Shown: one piece after another, positions 50,301 through 63,351 of the stretch | Position numbering within the stretch: position 1 is the stretch's first letter | Layout of the letters: the number at the start of each line of letters is the position of its first letter | Origin: Hemiscyllium ocellatum | Taxonomy: Eukaryota | Assembly (NCBI RefSeq): GCF_020745735.1 | Contig: NC_083402.1 | Location: forward strand, 8,446,004 to 8,510,003 | Length of the DNA stretch: 64,000 bases | Direction of reading: 5' to 3' | The notes under the pieces: model-generated | Databases searched by the model: none | Told to the model about the DNA's origin: nothing | What the model saw: only the letters and a program-made list of their open reading frames with translations | Translations under genes and position numbers: made by a program

Positions 50301-52703
50301 TACAGATTGTCTCACACCAAAGTACCTTTACAATGAGCAAATCTTATCATCTGGAATTAAAGATTCACTCATGTGTTGGAACAGTGTATAGAAGTTCATT
50401 CTGGCAAAAAACTGCAATCCCAAACATGGTAATTTCTGGAATGAAAATTTTACCCAAGTCCAAACACAGCACGGAGACAATTCCAAAAGCTTTTACCAAG
50501 CTTGACGAACCAACTCCTTAAATCAACATTTTGTCACAGACTTCTGCCATGCACAACCACTGATAGTTTCTTAAATGGACATTATATTAACCAGACTGGC
50601 TCACATATGGCATATATCACACTTCCAAAGCACCAAACATTTCTAAAATGCAAACTAACTTCAACATAACCCCAGATCTAAAGTTCCAAGAAACAAAAAC
50701 ACATAAATTGCCCAAGACAACATTTTGCAAACAACACTCGTGCATTCAAACCAAACCACAAAGAGTTAACCCTTCGACAAGGTTCAGTGAACCAGCCCTG
50801 TGCAGAAATTCAGTCTTCCCCTCTCACTTTTTCACGGATGAACACTGCAGCTATTTCAGATTAATTCTGTTCCTTTTTTGTATTCTGCTTAAACAGAGCC
50901 ACAAAGATGATTAACCCATTGGTCCCTTTTTCTTTCTTTGACCCAGCCACCAAGCTTCCTGTTCTGATTCAGTTCCCTCCCTATTCCATCAGTCCTCTAC
51001 CATATCTTTAATTAAGGTTTTATTTTTCTCAAACACAGACTGATCTGGAACCCACTGGGTTTTTCTTTTCAGTTCTATCCTGCCATTAACTCTCCCGGCT
51101 GTGTCTGATTCCATTTAGAGTCAGAGTCATACAGATATACAGCATGGAAACACCCTTCGGTCCAACCCGTCCATGCCGAACAGAGATCCCAACCCAATCT
51201 CCCTGGTAACCCAGATCCCCCTGTATTGCTGAAGGAACAGTGACTGGGGACACACATGGAGGCTGCTATCCTGGACTGTCCGTCCTGAGCACACATTGTG
51301 GGGATAAGGGGTGAGCCAGGGTCACAGATCTCTGCTGAGTTAATCACTAATCCGTGTGGAGAAAGATACAAATGCAGTGAGTCTGGTTTGACTTTAAAAC
51401 CAAGCACAGGTCTTAATAGAATAAAGAAATCAGTTGTGGATGCTAAAGCCAGTCTGTGGTTTGCATGTTATTTCTTTAGTTTCCATACTTTCCTTCTCAG
51501 ACCCCTGACGCTTTGGATTGTATCTTGTGTCTTTTTGGTAAGTCCAAGTAGCACTAAGTGTTTTGGGCATTGTTACCTGCCTCTCTCTCATTCCAGGAGA
51601 AAAACAGCCTGCAAAGGGGCAGAAAGAGTCAAGACAGAGAGTGTGCTGCTGATCATTTGGTTCCTCATCCCTTATATGGAGAGCATCCTGACTCTGACTG
51701 CCCCGAGCAGGGCCAGGACAGATCGGAGGCTGCACTCGGCTGGGTGTACCAGGGCCCCCTGAGAAAGGCTGTCTCCCTGACTCAACTGAGGATGACAGAC
51801 AACTGTAACAAGCTTCCTGTGTCTGTGCTAAATGCTGAATGTGACAGGTGGGAAGGCACTATCTCCACCACAATGACATTACATTGATAATCTTAAAACA
51901 ATGAGTATGAAGAGACACTGCAATACCTACAGCGATATGTCCAGCCAGCTTTGAACACTCGGCATTGCAGGAGCTGCAGTACATCATTCAGGGGATGACA
52001 TTTTAATGATAACCAGCACACTTCCCTTGGAGATTTGATTTTTATTTTTACAACATTCTTCGGTTGTTACTTAAATCAATTTGATTTCATGGATTGTCAA
52101 AAAGAAAGAGCACAAAGATTAATTTGCTGAAAGTGTCTGGGTGTTCAGACTTTATGCTGTCCATGGGAAAATGCTGATATCCATTATTAAGGAGATGGGA
52201 TCAGGATTTAGATAATCATAATGCAGTCAGGCAGAGTCAACGTGGTTTGTTAAAAGGGAAATAATGTTTTATGAATTTATTAGAGTTCTTCAAGGAGGTG
52301 ACAATCAACATGGAGAAAGGGATCGCTGTAGAATACCAGGATTTCCAAAAAGTGTTCAGTAAATGTTTATCATGTGTTGATGGGATATTGGATGTGGGTT
52401 GGGCCAGCATTTATTGCCAATAGGTTCATGAATGTTCTTCAAGGAATGGAATCTGCTGTCTTTCCCAGGTCAGGCCTGTGTCTGGATTTGGTTCTACACA
52501 ATGTGGTTAATTGTTTGAGGTGAATCTTGCATTGCTTTGTCGGTGTACAAATTGCCTCAGGATTTTTGGAGAGACTCCCGCTATGAGGACAAATGAGACT
52601 TTTCACTTAATCTTACCAAATGTACATCATTACCCACCCCGTTCCTGTGGCATTCCGCACATCCAATTCTATCCCTATTTTACCAAGGGCTATTCCTGAA
52701 ACA

Positions 52704-52921
52704 GCTGCAAGTGTGTTGCTGGTCAAAGCACAGCAGGCCAGGCAGCATCTCAGGAATAGAGAATTCGACGTTTCGAGCATAAGCTTCATCATTCCTGATG
52801 AAGGGCTTATGCTCGAAACGTCGAATTCTCTATTCCTGAGATGCTGCCTGGCCTGCTGTGCTTTGACCAGCAACACACTTGCAGCTGTGATCTCCAGCAT
52901 CTGCAGACCTCACTTTTTACC
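52704..52921. mobile_element. PLE family-A asymmetric hairpin with 14-bp TSD
   Basis: CTATTCCTGAAACA at 52690-52703 and 52922-52935; inverted arms; CTGATGA-A-GGGC-TTAT-GCTC-GAAAC. Confidence 0.85.
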
Positions 52922-55849
52922 CTATTCCTGAAACAACTCACCACTCACCAGGAAACCACTGAAAGACCAGGATCCCATGTGCCCTCACCGCATTCAGTGC
53001 AGACGATTGTTAAATAAAAACTGAAAGAACTGTGGATGCTGTAAATCAGAAACAAAAAGGGAAGTTGTTGGAAAAGCTCAGCAAGTCTGACAGCATCTGT
53101 GAAGAGAAATCAGGGTTAATGTTCCGGATATGGTGACCCTTCCTCAGACTATTGTTACACTGACATGAGAGATGATGACAGCATCATTGGGTGTTGCACA
53201 AATAATGGTTCATCTTTGGCCAACATTCACCTCTTTCTAAGTCTGTGACAATAAGCATCTGCATCATTGAGGAGCCAGTGTTCAATTGGCATTACCAATG
53301 GCAAGGTGCCAATTACTCTGACCCAGCAGATGACCCCTCTCCATGTGTGCTCTGCATGGTTTGCAAATGGATGTTGAAATGACTGCAAATTAAATGTAAC
53401 TGGAGTTTGCAAACACCTGCTTCATGTAATTTATCCTTCAATGTCCTGGCATTCAGTAGAGGTGGATCCCAGGCTTTTACTGTCAGATTGACATTGTCCC
53501 CATCTCTCCTGGGTCACTGGCCCAGCCATTTCCCAGTTCCATTTCATATTTAGAGAGTGGTAAGTGCTGGCAGGGAATGCAGTTCACGGTGGACACTGTC
53601 AGCATTGGGCTCTGCCAGATCACTAGGTACACGGTCTCACACCTCCATGTCCCCTTTATACCTCACACCACCTGACAGCCCCTGTCCACACATTTTCTGA
53701 CGTGAATCCCCACCACAATGAACTTCACCAATGACTGTCCTCCCTGCCCCGAACCTTGACATTACACCTTAGTGATGTCTACTCTGCCCCTCGACATTCC
53801 CCCTGTGGAGACCATGATGGTGGTCACTGGCAATACGAACCACCACCCCACCCCATGGCCTGACATACCCTCCGGTCCTGTTCCATATTCATTCCCTTCC
53901 CCCCATACACCTTGAGATGCCATCGCTGATCATCATTCTTATCCCAAACTCCACAAGTCCCTCTGCCTTTCCCCACTTGGCCTCAACTCCCCCACCCCTT
54001 TTAGCAATGATTCCCTCACTGTGTCTCCTGAACAATCAATGGACCGGTTCCCAGGACCGTATTCACCCCAAATCTCTGAGTGACTTTGACAGACAGCCCC
54101 TGGAACATGACTGGTCAGACCCCTGACCACTCCTGGACTAACAACACGAGGTTCTCCTGACTGAAGCTGCTGGCCCCACAGCATTGACTGTCGCCCTCTC
54201 CCTGGGCTGCAGGCAGACAGATTTGCTGATGGTGCCTGGCCTGAGCTGGTGACCTCTTCATTTGCCTGGCCTGAGGTCCAGCCCCCACCCAGTTTCTGAC
54301 AAGGCCATCTAGTTGAATAAACATGCAGTGTGTTTGCTTGTGTGGGCAGCTGGCACATGCTGCAGTTGTCAGAGTGAAATCTCCAATTGTGCCTTAAGAT
54401 GTCATTGCATGTTGAATAGATCCTGTCAGACAAGTATGGTAAGGAGCCGGTCTGTGAACCTGTGCAGAAGACCCTGTCAAAACAGCAGTAGAGAGAGCCT
54501 TCAGCTCTGGCTAAAGCAGCAATGCACTAACTGGCATGGCCAGGAACAGCCTGGCAAGGTGAGGAAAGGAAAGGAATGGATACTGTGAGCATGCAGGTTG
54601 GTACTAACCGAGCAAGTGCTGAGAGAACAACAAGTGAGCAACCCTGAGATCAAAAACAAGCAAAGAATTGAGAGCGCTGGAAATCAGAAACGGAAGCAGA
54701 AACTTCTGGAGCTGGACTGGCAGCAGCTGTGGAGAGAAAGCAGAGTTAATGTTTCAGGGCCAGTGATCATTCTTCAGAACTGATTGCACATAGGAAAGGG
54801 TTGGTGTCTACACCAAAGAAGGGGTGGAGGGAAGGAGATGGAGTAAATGATAGCTGGAGATAGAACCCAGAGAGAGATTTGGTTGGGCAGATAAAAGAAT
54901 GGGCAATGGTCAGCCTGAGAGAATCAAGAGCTGCTGATGGGGACCACTAGTGGCTGACAATGGATTATTTGAGGTTGCAGCCCACGTGGTGATAAGGCCT
55001 GGTATGTGGTCCCTGCTCCAATCTGTGAGCTGAGTACCTATTACTCTGCACAAACTGGCCCTGCAGTAAGCTTTCAATGTTAGTTGCCCCCAGTGTGGGT
55101 CTGTGCTTTCAAAGTGACCCATCAATGTATCGGAGAGCTGCCATGAAGATGGAGAGGGGCTGGTAAATGTCGGGATGCCAATGTCTGTGGATGATGGTGT
55201 GTGTGGACGATGCCTGTGGATCATTCCCTGAGACGCTGCTTGGTCCTGACCAGCGTGGAGGCTCCTCACAGCCAGCGGTGAGCTGAAGTCTCCAGGCACC
55301 TGCTCTGTCTTCCATGTTGAGGATTCACCATGTCTAACTTGATCAGCATGTTTGGTAAGACAGGAAGCTGAATGTTAGTCAGTAAGGTTTGGGCAGTAAT
55401 AAGACATTTAAAAAGTTATAATGCCCCTTAATTCCCAATTTACTGCTGCCCAGTGAGTGACCTGCCTCACTGCTCAGCAAATCCATAAAAGATGCAGTGA
55501 GATGCTCCCGATACCGGGATAGACCTCAGCGCACTTCTCATCTGATTCCACCATAAAGTTGATCTTGGCTCATCACTCAGGCCCCTGTAAGATTCTGTGA
55601 CACTGGGGGTAGACCTAAAAGAACCTCTGGTCACTATTCAAACTTCTCCCTTACATTTTGGTCAATGTTTATTCATGAACTGACATCAGTACCTGGTTGT
55701 TAGCACAATGCTGTTTGTTGGGAAATGAAGAGTGAAGCAGACTGAATGAATTAAATGTATCTTCAAACTTAAACAAGTCACAATCTGAAAAACAATAATT
55801 GTTCCTTTCTGTGTCAGAGAGATGGAGTGATCAACATCATTAGCAATGA

Positions 55850-56160
55850 TATGATTAGATCACCATCAGTGTGGAAACAGGTCCAACAAGTCCACACTGA
55901 CCCTCCGAAGAGTAACCCACCCAGACCCATTTCCCTCTGACTAATGTACCAAACACTATGGGCAATTTAGCATGGCAAGTACACCTGACCTGCACATCTT
56001 TGGACTGTGGGAGGGAATCGGAGCACCCGGAGGAAACCCATGCAGACACACGGTGAATGTGCAAACTCCACACAGACAGTTGTCTGAGGTTGGAATCGAA
56101 CCTGGAACCCTGGTGCTGTGAGGCAGCAGTGCTAACCACTGAGCCACCATGCCATCCACA
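55850..56160 (-). mobile_element. HE1/V-SINE-type SINE
   Basis: Head GGATGGCATGGTGGCTCAGTGGTTAGCAC, V-domain and tail. Confidence 0.85.
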
Positions 56161-57124
56161 TGAATGCATATTTTTTTGATTTCTTAATGTTTACTGAGTG
56201 ATCCAGAAAACCATTATTAAAAACATTCTCAACGTACCAGGGTGTCCAGCTCAAAATGTCCAGGGGAAATAGGATAAGCAACGAAAGCTGAACCACATTA
56301 ACAAAAAGACACCAATAGAGATACATAATATTTATGTAAACTATATCGATAGACCACAGACATACATCAATATCATATTACACCTAGATGGATCTTTTTA
56401 CATCTCACTGAGGTAGCATTTTGGAAATCAAGCTTCACTATTCCCAAGGTCATCACAAAAGTTGGGAGATTTTATAGAAGTTCACAAAATTCTCCACTTC
56501 AACTGAGTTTTCGACCCAGATTGCCAGGAAGCACAGACTACATTTCTGGACTTACAAAGATTACTATTTTTCACAAATAAATAGACATGAATTCCAGAGA
56601 AATAATGACAAACCATTGACATATAACGCCACTCGTTAAAACTCTAAGATCCTCATGAACGAATTCCCCTTAAATCCGCACACATACACATACAGACAGG
56701 AATGAAACATTCATCATTGATTTGAAGGAAAACACAGAAAGCAGTTTCAGTGGTCCCAGTTCACAGGATCCGCTGAGATGATGCTTGTGATCAGAATGCT
56801 ACTTCCTTCTCCTTCTCCATCTTCCATGTGCAGATGTTGTCACTGGTTTACACGAGACACAGGGTGGCTTATATTGGCCTGACTTATTAATCAAAGGTCA
56901 GAGCTTATTGCAACTGCTAAAAGAAAAGAAAATAAGCTCAGTGTCCTCAGAGTTAAAGTAACTTTTATTGCAGGTAACAGAGCTGATGATGATCAGTTCC
57001 TGAACTGGTGATGGTTTGATGGCTTCTCCCGATAGTGTTCACATCCACACAAGCTGTTCAGTTACCTGGGAAGCAATCAAATCATTGCTGGCAGCATGAA
57101 GTTTTTGTCATTGATTACTAGTCA

Positions 57125-57228
57125 TTAGTACAAAGACCAGTCAGATACTTGTTGCCAGCTGAATCTCCATTTGTACACGCCCTTGTCTCCATCTCGTCTG
57201 CACCTTCTGCTGCTGTCTGACCCAGCAG
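57125..57228 (-). CDS. Candidate terminal coding exon of the ITIM-tail gene
   Basis: Acceptor TGTTTACACAG; phase-1 reading (A)AGSDSSRRCRRDGDKGVYKWRFSWQQVSDWSLY*; AATAAA at 56964-56969 downstream. Confidence 0.35.
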
Positions 57229-58163
57229 CTGTGTAAACAGTACTTACAATGAGTGTCAGGTTACTTGCTTTCAAAAACATACAGTATTCCTTAAACAATC
57301 CTTAGCTTTCAAACAATTCTAATCCATCTCAGTCTAGAAAGATAAAAAGACATAGACTTTATAAAATATAAAAACTTTTGAAGAATATTTATGTCAATTT
57401 TAGGAGCTGGTGAATCCCATGATGCTCCTTGAATTTGATCTGGGAAGCAGTGTAGCCTCAGTTACACAGGTTCATTACTTCCAGTAAATACTCACTCCTA
57501 ATGTGTGTCCATAACAGCTGCATAGGTTACATCTGCTAGAAAGATACAGAAATCAGAGCTGATTATAATTATAATTTCAGATTCAGGGTAATTACAGGAA
57601 AATGGCAAATTTACCCAAACATCATTCCCTTCAGTGTCAGCATAATTACAGGAAAGGGAAATATTTACTCCAACGGTTGAACATTTTCCCCCTAATTCTC
57701 ATAAACACATCGGCAGAGACAAGTTTTCTGACTGACAGTCAAGTACCATCTAACGGGATTGGTGCAGAAAAGCAACACCCCAATGAAGACGGACAGGTTG
57801 ACCAACCAATGACAGCAGCATTGTGGCGTGGGAATGCAGCCTGGGGGGGTCATATGATCAATACTCTATGAGCCAGCGACCTCAGGTTTGGACTCAAATA
57901 ACAAGGAATAGAATTACCCAGTCCCAACTGGCACTGTCCCACACTTGGGAGAATGGACTACAGAGGCTAGAGAAGGTGGAAATGGAAAGGGAAGGGGAGA
58001 GGATTAGGATTTTGAAAGGAAAAACTGACTCACTCTCTTCTGATTCCGCAACTGAGAGACTCTTGTCATCTTGAACTGAAAGAGAACAGCCTGTTAGTGA
58101 GGAGGATGTATTTTAAATGTTTAGAAACACCACTATGTGGGAAAAAAGTATGTAGCTGGTTAC

Positions 58164-58217
58164 CTTTTCTGTTGCTGTCAAACACGATGCTGGCATAGGT
58201 ACAGGAGTCAGGCTGAG
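58164..58217 (-). CDS. 54-nt phase 1-1 cytoplasmic exon with a Tyr motif (CTYASI)
   Basis: CCTGTTTGTATTACAG|...|GTAACC; (A)QPDSCTYASIVFDSNRK. Confidence 0.65.
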
Positions 58218-58526
58218 CTGTAATACAAACAGGATTCACTCTGAAACTGCCTTACTGCATTCGCTTTCTGACTCAAGAATCAAAGAATCTGACAGCAAAA
58301 CAGAATCCTGCATTTACTTCACAGCTTTACCATTGGAAAATGTCTGACGAGCTGTTTGAGAATCCGACATCAAGCCATATTCGGAGTTATTTGGACAGGT
58401 GGTATTCCAACACGCATGTCTTAAGGAGCGACTTAAGAGGGGGAAAGAGAGTTGGAGAGGTTTGGACAGGGATTCTCACAGTCTTGGAGATTGAAAGTTA
58501 GATCCCAGTGATGTTACTATTACAGT

Positions 58527-60050
58527 GTCTGGCCAGACCAGATTTATCCTTGGCTGCTCCGGGAAGCGAGAAAGGAGGTTGCTAAGCCACTGGCAAGGAT
58601 ACTTGCCTCCTCACTCTCCAGAGGAGTCATACCAGAGGATTGGAAGGAAGCAAATATTGTTCCTCTTTTCAAGAAGGGGATTATGGAAACCCCTGGCAAT
58701 TAAAGACCAGTCAGTCTTACGTCTGTGGTCAGCAAAGTTTTGGAAAGAATTCTGAAGGATAGGATTTATGACTATTTGGCAAAGCATAGTGTGACTAAAG
58801 GCAGTCAGCATGGCTTTGTGAGGGGCAGGTCATGCCTCACAAATCTTATTGAGTTCTTTGAGGAGATGTCAAGACAGGTCGACAATGGTCAAGCAGTGGA
58901 TGCGGTGTATCTGGACTTCAGCAAGGCATTTGATAAAGTTCCCCATGGTAGGGTCATTCATAAAGTCAGGAAGTATGGGATACTGGGAGATTTGGCTATC
59001 TGGATTCAGAATTGGTTAGCTAACAGAAGGCAGAGAGTGGTTGTAGATGGAAAGTATTCTGCCTGGAGGACAATGATGAGTGGGGTCCTGCAGGGCTCTG
59101 CTCTTTGTAGTTTTTATAAATGACTTGGATGAGGAGGTTGAGAGGTGGGTTAGGAAATTTTCAGATGACATAAAGGATGGACGTGCCATCAACAGTATTG
59201 AGGGCTATTGTAGGCTGCAGCGTGACATAGACAGGATGCAAAGCTGGGCTGAGAAATGGCAGATGGAGTTCAACCTGGATAAGCGCGAAGTGATGCATTT
59301 TGGAAGGTCGAACCTCGGATGCTGAATATACGATTACAGATAGGAGTCTTGGCAGTGTGGAGGCACAGAGGGATCTGGGTGTGCAAGTATGTAGATCCCT
59401 CAAAGTTGCCACCCAAGTGGATAGGGTTGTTAAGAAAGCATATGGTGTTTTGGCTTTCATGAGCAGGGGAATCAAGTTTAAGAGCCGCGAGGTTTTGCTG
59501 CAGCTCTACAAGTCCCTGGTGAGACTACACTTGGAATATTGTGTCCAGTTCTGGTCGCCCTACTACAGGAAAGATACAGAGTCTTTGGAGAGGGTGCAAA
59601 GAAGGTTTACCAGGATACTGCCTGGAATGGAGGGCCTGCCTTATGAAGAAAGGTTGAATAAGCTCGGACTTTTCTCTCTGAGAGAAGGAGGAAGAGAGGA
59701 GACCTGATCGAGGTGTACAAAATAATGAGAGGATTAGATAGAGTCAATAGCCAGTGACCTTTCTCCAGGGCAGGATTGACTGGTACGAGGGGTCACAGTT
59801 TTAAGATATTAGGAGAAAAGTATAGAGGGGGCATCAACGGTAGGTTCTTTACGCAGAGAGTTGTGAATGTATGGAATGCATTGCCAGCGGTGGTGGTGGA
59901 AGCAGAGTCATTGGGGACATGTAAGCGACTGCTGGACATGCACATGGATAGCAGTGAGTTGCGGGTTAAGTTATTTTATTTTACATTAGGATTAACCCTC
60001 AACCCAACATTGTGGAACAAAGGGCCTGTTCTGTGCTGTACTTTTCTATG
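58527..60050 (+). mobile_element. CR1 LINE 3' 1.5 kb, intronic, carrying the same 14-nt RT deletion
   Basis: RT motifs; junction GGGCTCTG^CTCTTTGTAG at ~59100; 3' tail. Confidence 0.9.
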
Positions 60051-60277
60051 TACTCAGGAAATCAGAACCACAGTGAAATCAGCTCTTAGAGAGTGGGAGT
60101 GATCTCAAATGATACACTTTCTCAATATAAAAGCAGTCATTGATTCATGGTCTTCTGAAGCACTGATTGTGAATCTCTTGTTACCATTAACAAAGACAAA
60201 ATGTTCTGTTGGTTTAATTATAGAATCTGAATATCAATTAGAAAATTGCTCAAAACTTTTAAGGTGCAGCCATTTAC

Positions 60278-60325
60278 CTGTTCTGTTGCTGTCAATCTCA
60301 GCATAGAGAATGGAACTGTCCTGAT
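60278..60325 (-). CDS. 48-nt phase 1-1 cytoplasmic exon with an ITIM-like motif (ILYAEI)
   Basis: CCTGTTTGTGTTACAG|...|GTAAAT; (x)QDSSILYAEIDSNRT; paralogous to the 58164-58217 exon. Confidence 0.7.
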
Positions 60326-62574
60326 CTGTAACACAAACAGGAATGATAAGGGGCCATGCATCGGCAGACTTGTCCTTAAATATCAGCAACAGCTCAGTGG
60401 ACACCACATACCCCTCGGAGTTAGAAGGCTGTGGATTCAATCCCCATTCCTGAGGCTACAACGTAAGGTCTAGGCTGAGACTTCGGAGCAGTTCGAATGG
60501 AGCGCTGCAATGTCTAAAGTGTTATCTTGTGGCTGAGATGTTAAAGGATGCCCTGGCCTGCTCTCTCAGGTGGATGTGAACAATTCCACATGCATTACTT
60601 CAATGAAGAACAGAGGAGCTCTCTACTGTGTCCTTGTCACTCATCCCTCAACCCAGATCATTGTGTCCTCACCATTACTCATCCCTCAGTCTACATCATG
60701 AAAATACACAGGCTAACTGATTGAACACAGTGCTGTTTGTGGGACATTACTGTGCACAGATAGGTTGTTGCATTTCTACATTATAAGGAAAGAAATAACT
60801 TGCACTTAAATAATGAATAATCATAGAATCCCTGCAGTGTGGAAGCATGCCATTGTGCCCATTGAGTCTCATTGACCCTCCAAAGAGCATCCCACCTAAA
60901 CCCACTCACTACCCTTTCTCTGTAACCCTGCATTTCCTTTCTCTAACCTACTTAGCCTGCGCACGACAATGCAATTTCCCATGGACAATCCACCCAACCT
61001 GCATATCTTTAGACTGTGGGAAGAAACCAGAGCACCTAAAGGAAACCCACACAGACACAGGGTGCGTCTTGCTACACTATTGAATCAGCTCCACCTTCCT
61101 GAGTCCCATAGCCATTAATTCTTTTTTCGATCAAAGGTCTATCTGATTCTACCTTGAATGGATTTGATGACTTACTCTCCATTGCTTTTTTGGAATCACA
61201 GACTTGTTAAACTGCAGAAGGAAGCCATTTGATCCATTTGATCTATCATGCCTACATCAGCCCTTCAAACCAGCATCATTACTCAGTGCCAATCTCCTGC
61301 CTTTTTGCCATATCCTTGTACACCATTTCTATCCAAATAATCATCCAATGGCCTCTTGAATACTTTAATTGAACCTGCCTGCATGACATTTACAGATAGG
61401 GCATTCCCACCTCCACCAACTTACTGGGTAAACATTCTGTGTTCATTTGTACATGACTTTAAATCTATCCCCTCTCAATCCTCTTCCTTTTCCAAGAGAC
61501 AACAGATTCTCCCTATCTATCAATCCAGCTGTTTATGAATTTGGAAACCACTATCTAACCAAGAGAATTCCAAGGATCAATGGCAAAGACTTTTGTCTCT
61601 GAAACAGAATACCTTTTTTCTTATTCTGAAACTGTGTCCCCTATTTCTAGGATCCCCCTCAAGGGGAAACATCACCTCACCCTCTACTCAATCAAGTTCC
61701 CTCAGGATCTGATATGTTTCAATAGAATTGTCTCTTATCCTTTGAAATTCCAATTGTACTGGCCCTACCTGCCCAACATTGCCTCATTTTCTTTCATTTG
61801 TAGGTGTTGCTGACTGGGTCAACAGTTTTTACCTATCCCTAGTTACCCTTGAGAAAGTAGGGGCAAACTGCTTTCTTCAATCACTGCAACCCACCTGCTG
61901 TAGGTTGACCCACAATGCCACTAGGGAGGGAATTGGGAGGATTTTAACCCAGTTACCGTGAAGGAACTGTGATGTATTTTCAAGTCAGGATGGTGAATGG
62001 CTTGAAGGGGAACGCGAATGTGCTACCACTTTCCTTCTCGATGGAAGTTGTTGTAAGTTTGGAAGGTTCTGTCAGAGGAACTTTGATGAATTCCTGCAGT
62101 GCATCTTGTAGTTAGTGCACACTGAGTGTCAGTGGTAGAGGGAAGGAATGTTTGTGGATATAGTGCCAATCAAGCGAGCTGCTTTGTCCTGCATGGTGTT
62201 GAGGTTCCAGAATATTGTTAGAGCTGCACCCATCCAGGCAAGTGGGAAGTATTCCATCACACACTTGATATGTGCCCTATTGATGATGGACATGCTCTGG
62301 AGAGTCAGGAGGTGCGATTGTCAGAGCAGTATTCCTAGCCTTGAACATGCTTATGGGTCCACTATGTTTATGTGCAAGTAAGGTCAAATTTCTGGTCAAG
62401 GGTAACCTTAATGACACCAGGATATTGATACTGAGGGTTTCAGTGATGGTAACACAATTGAAACACTGAGGCCATTGGGACTGCCGAAGGGTATTACCTA
62501 TTAGGGTAATACCTTATCCTAAATGAGTTGAAGCAATGTTTTTCTGAACTGCATCTAATGTGTTTGTACCCTTT

Positions 62575-62942
62575 TTCAAAGGAGACTATAATATACGATG
62601 TGATCTCACCCATGTCTTTCACAGCTGAAGGAGATGAGAGTGTAGAGTTGTGGTCTCAGCAAGGCCTTTCACTGCTGAAGAAAACTATAATGTACAGTTG
62701 TGGTCTCACCACAGCCTCTTATTACAGCTGAAGGAGACTATAATTACAGTTGTGGTCTCACCACAGCCTCTTATTACAGCTGAAGGAGACTATAATTACA
62801 GATGTGGTCTCACCACAGCCTCTTATTACAGCTGAAGGAGACTATAATGTACAGTTGTGGTCTCACCACAGCCTCTTATTACAGCTGAAGGAGACTATAA
62901 TGTACAGTTGTGGTCTCACCAAGACCTTTTACAGCTGAAGGA
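62575..62942. repeat. Minisatellite, ~7 units of 50-53 bp
   Basis: Unit starts ACAGCTGAAG at 62621, 62671, 62724, 62776, 62828, 62881 and 62931. Confidence 0.9.
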
Positions 62943-63142
62943 AGTCATTCTTTTGTTAGTATTCTATTGCCTCGCAATAAACACTAACCATGTGATTCCT
63001 GTACCTAGATTCCTCCGAACCTCATATTTCTGCAATTTTTCTCCACTTCAAAAGTACACCGCTTTTTCATTCTTTCCGCCAAGGTGGGCAACATCACATT
63101 CTCTCACAATGTACTATAGTCTGCCATTTTTTTACCCAGTCA

Positions 63143-63351
63143 AGAGTGTGGCGTTGGAAAAGCACAGCAGGTCAGGCAGCATCTGAGGAGCAGGAGAATC
63201 GATGATCAGGATGAATCAGGATGGACGTCTTATGCCTGAAAAAAACATTGATTCTCCTATTCCTAGGATGCTGCCTCATCTACTGTGCTTTTCCTGGACC
63301 ACACTCTCAACTCTGATCTCCAGCACCTGCAGTCCTCACTTTTTCCAAATA
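63143..63351. mobile_element. PLE family-A decayed hairpin with 12-bp TSD (1 mismatch)
   Basis: TTTACCCAGTCA at 63131-63142 versus TTTACCCATTCA at 63352-63363. Confidence 0.7.

Noticed and set aside
53200-55600. PIF/Harbinger transposon (Myb-like and transposase remnants)
   Set aside because: Only faint similarity (FSQENLVLLVQE, YIDGS); no TIRs or TSD found; a profile search is needed.
1771-56160. tRNA genes at A/B-box motifs
   Set aside because: All are SINE heads continuing into a V-domain and a LINE-like tail.
62575-62942. CRISPR-like array
   Set aside because: Whole units repeat with no unique spacers; the context is vertebrate, so this is a minisatellite.
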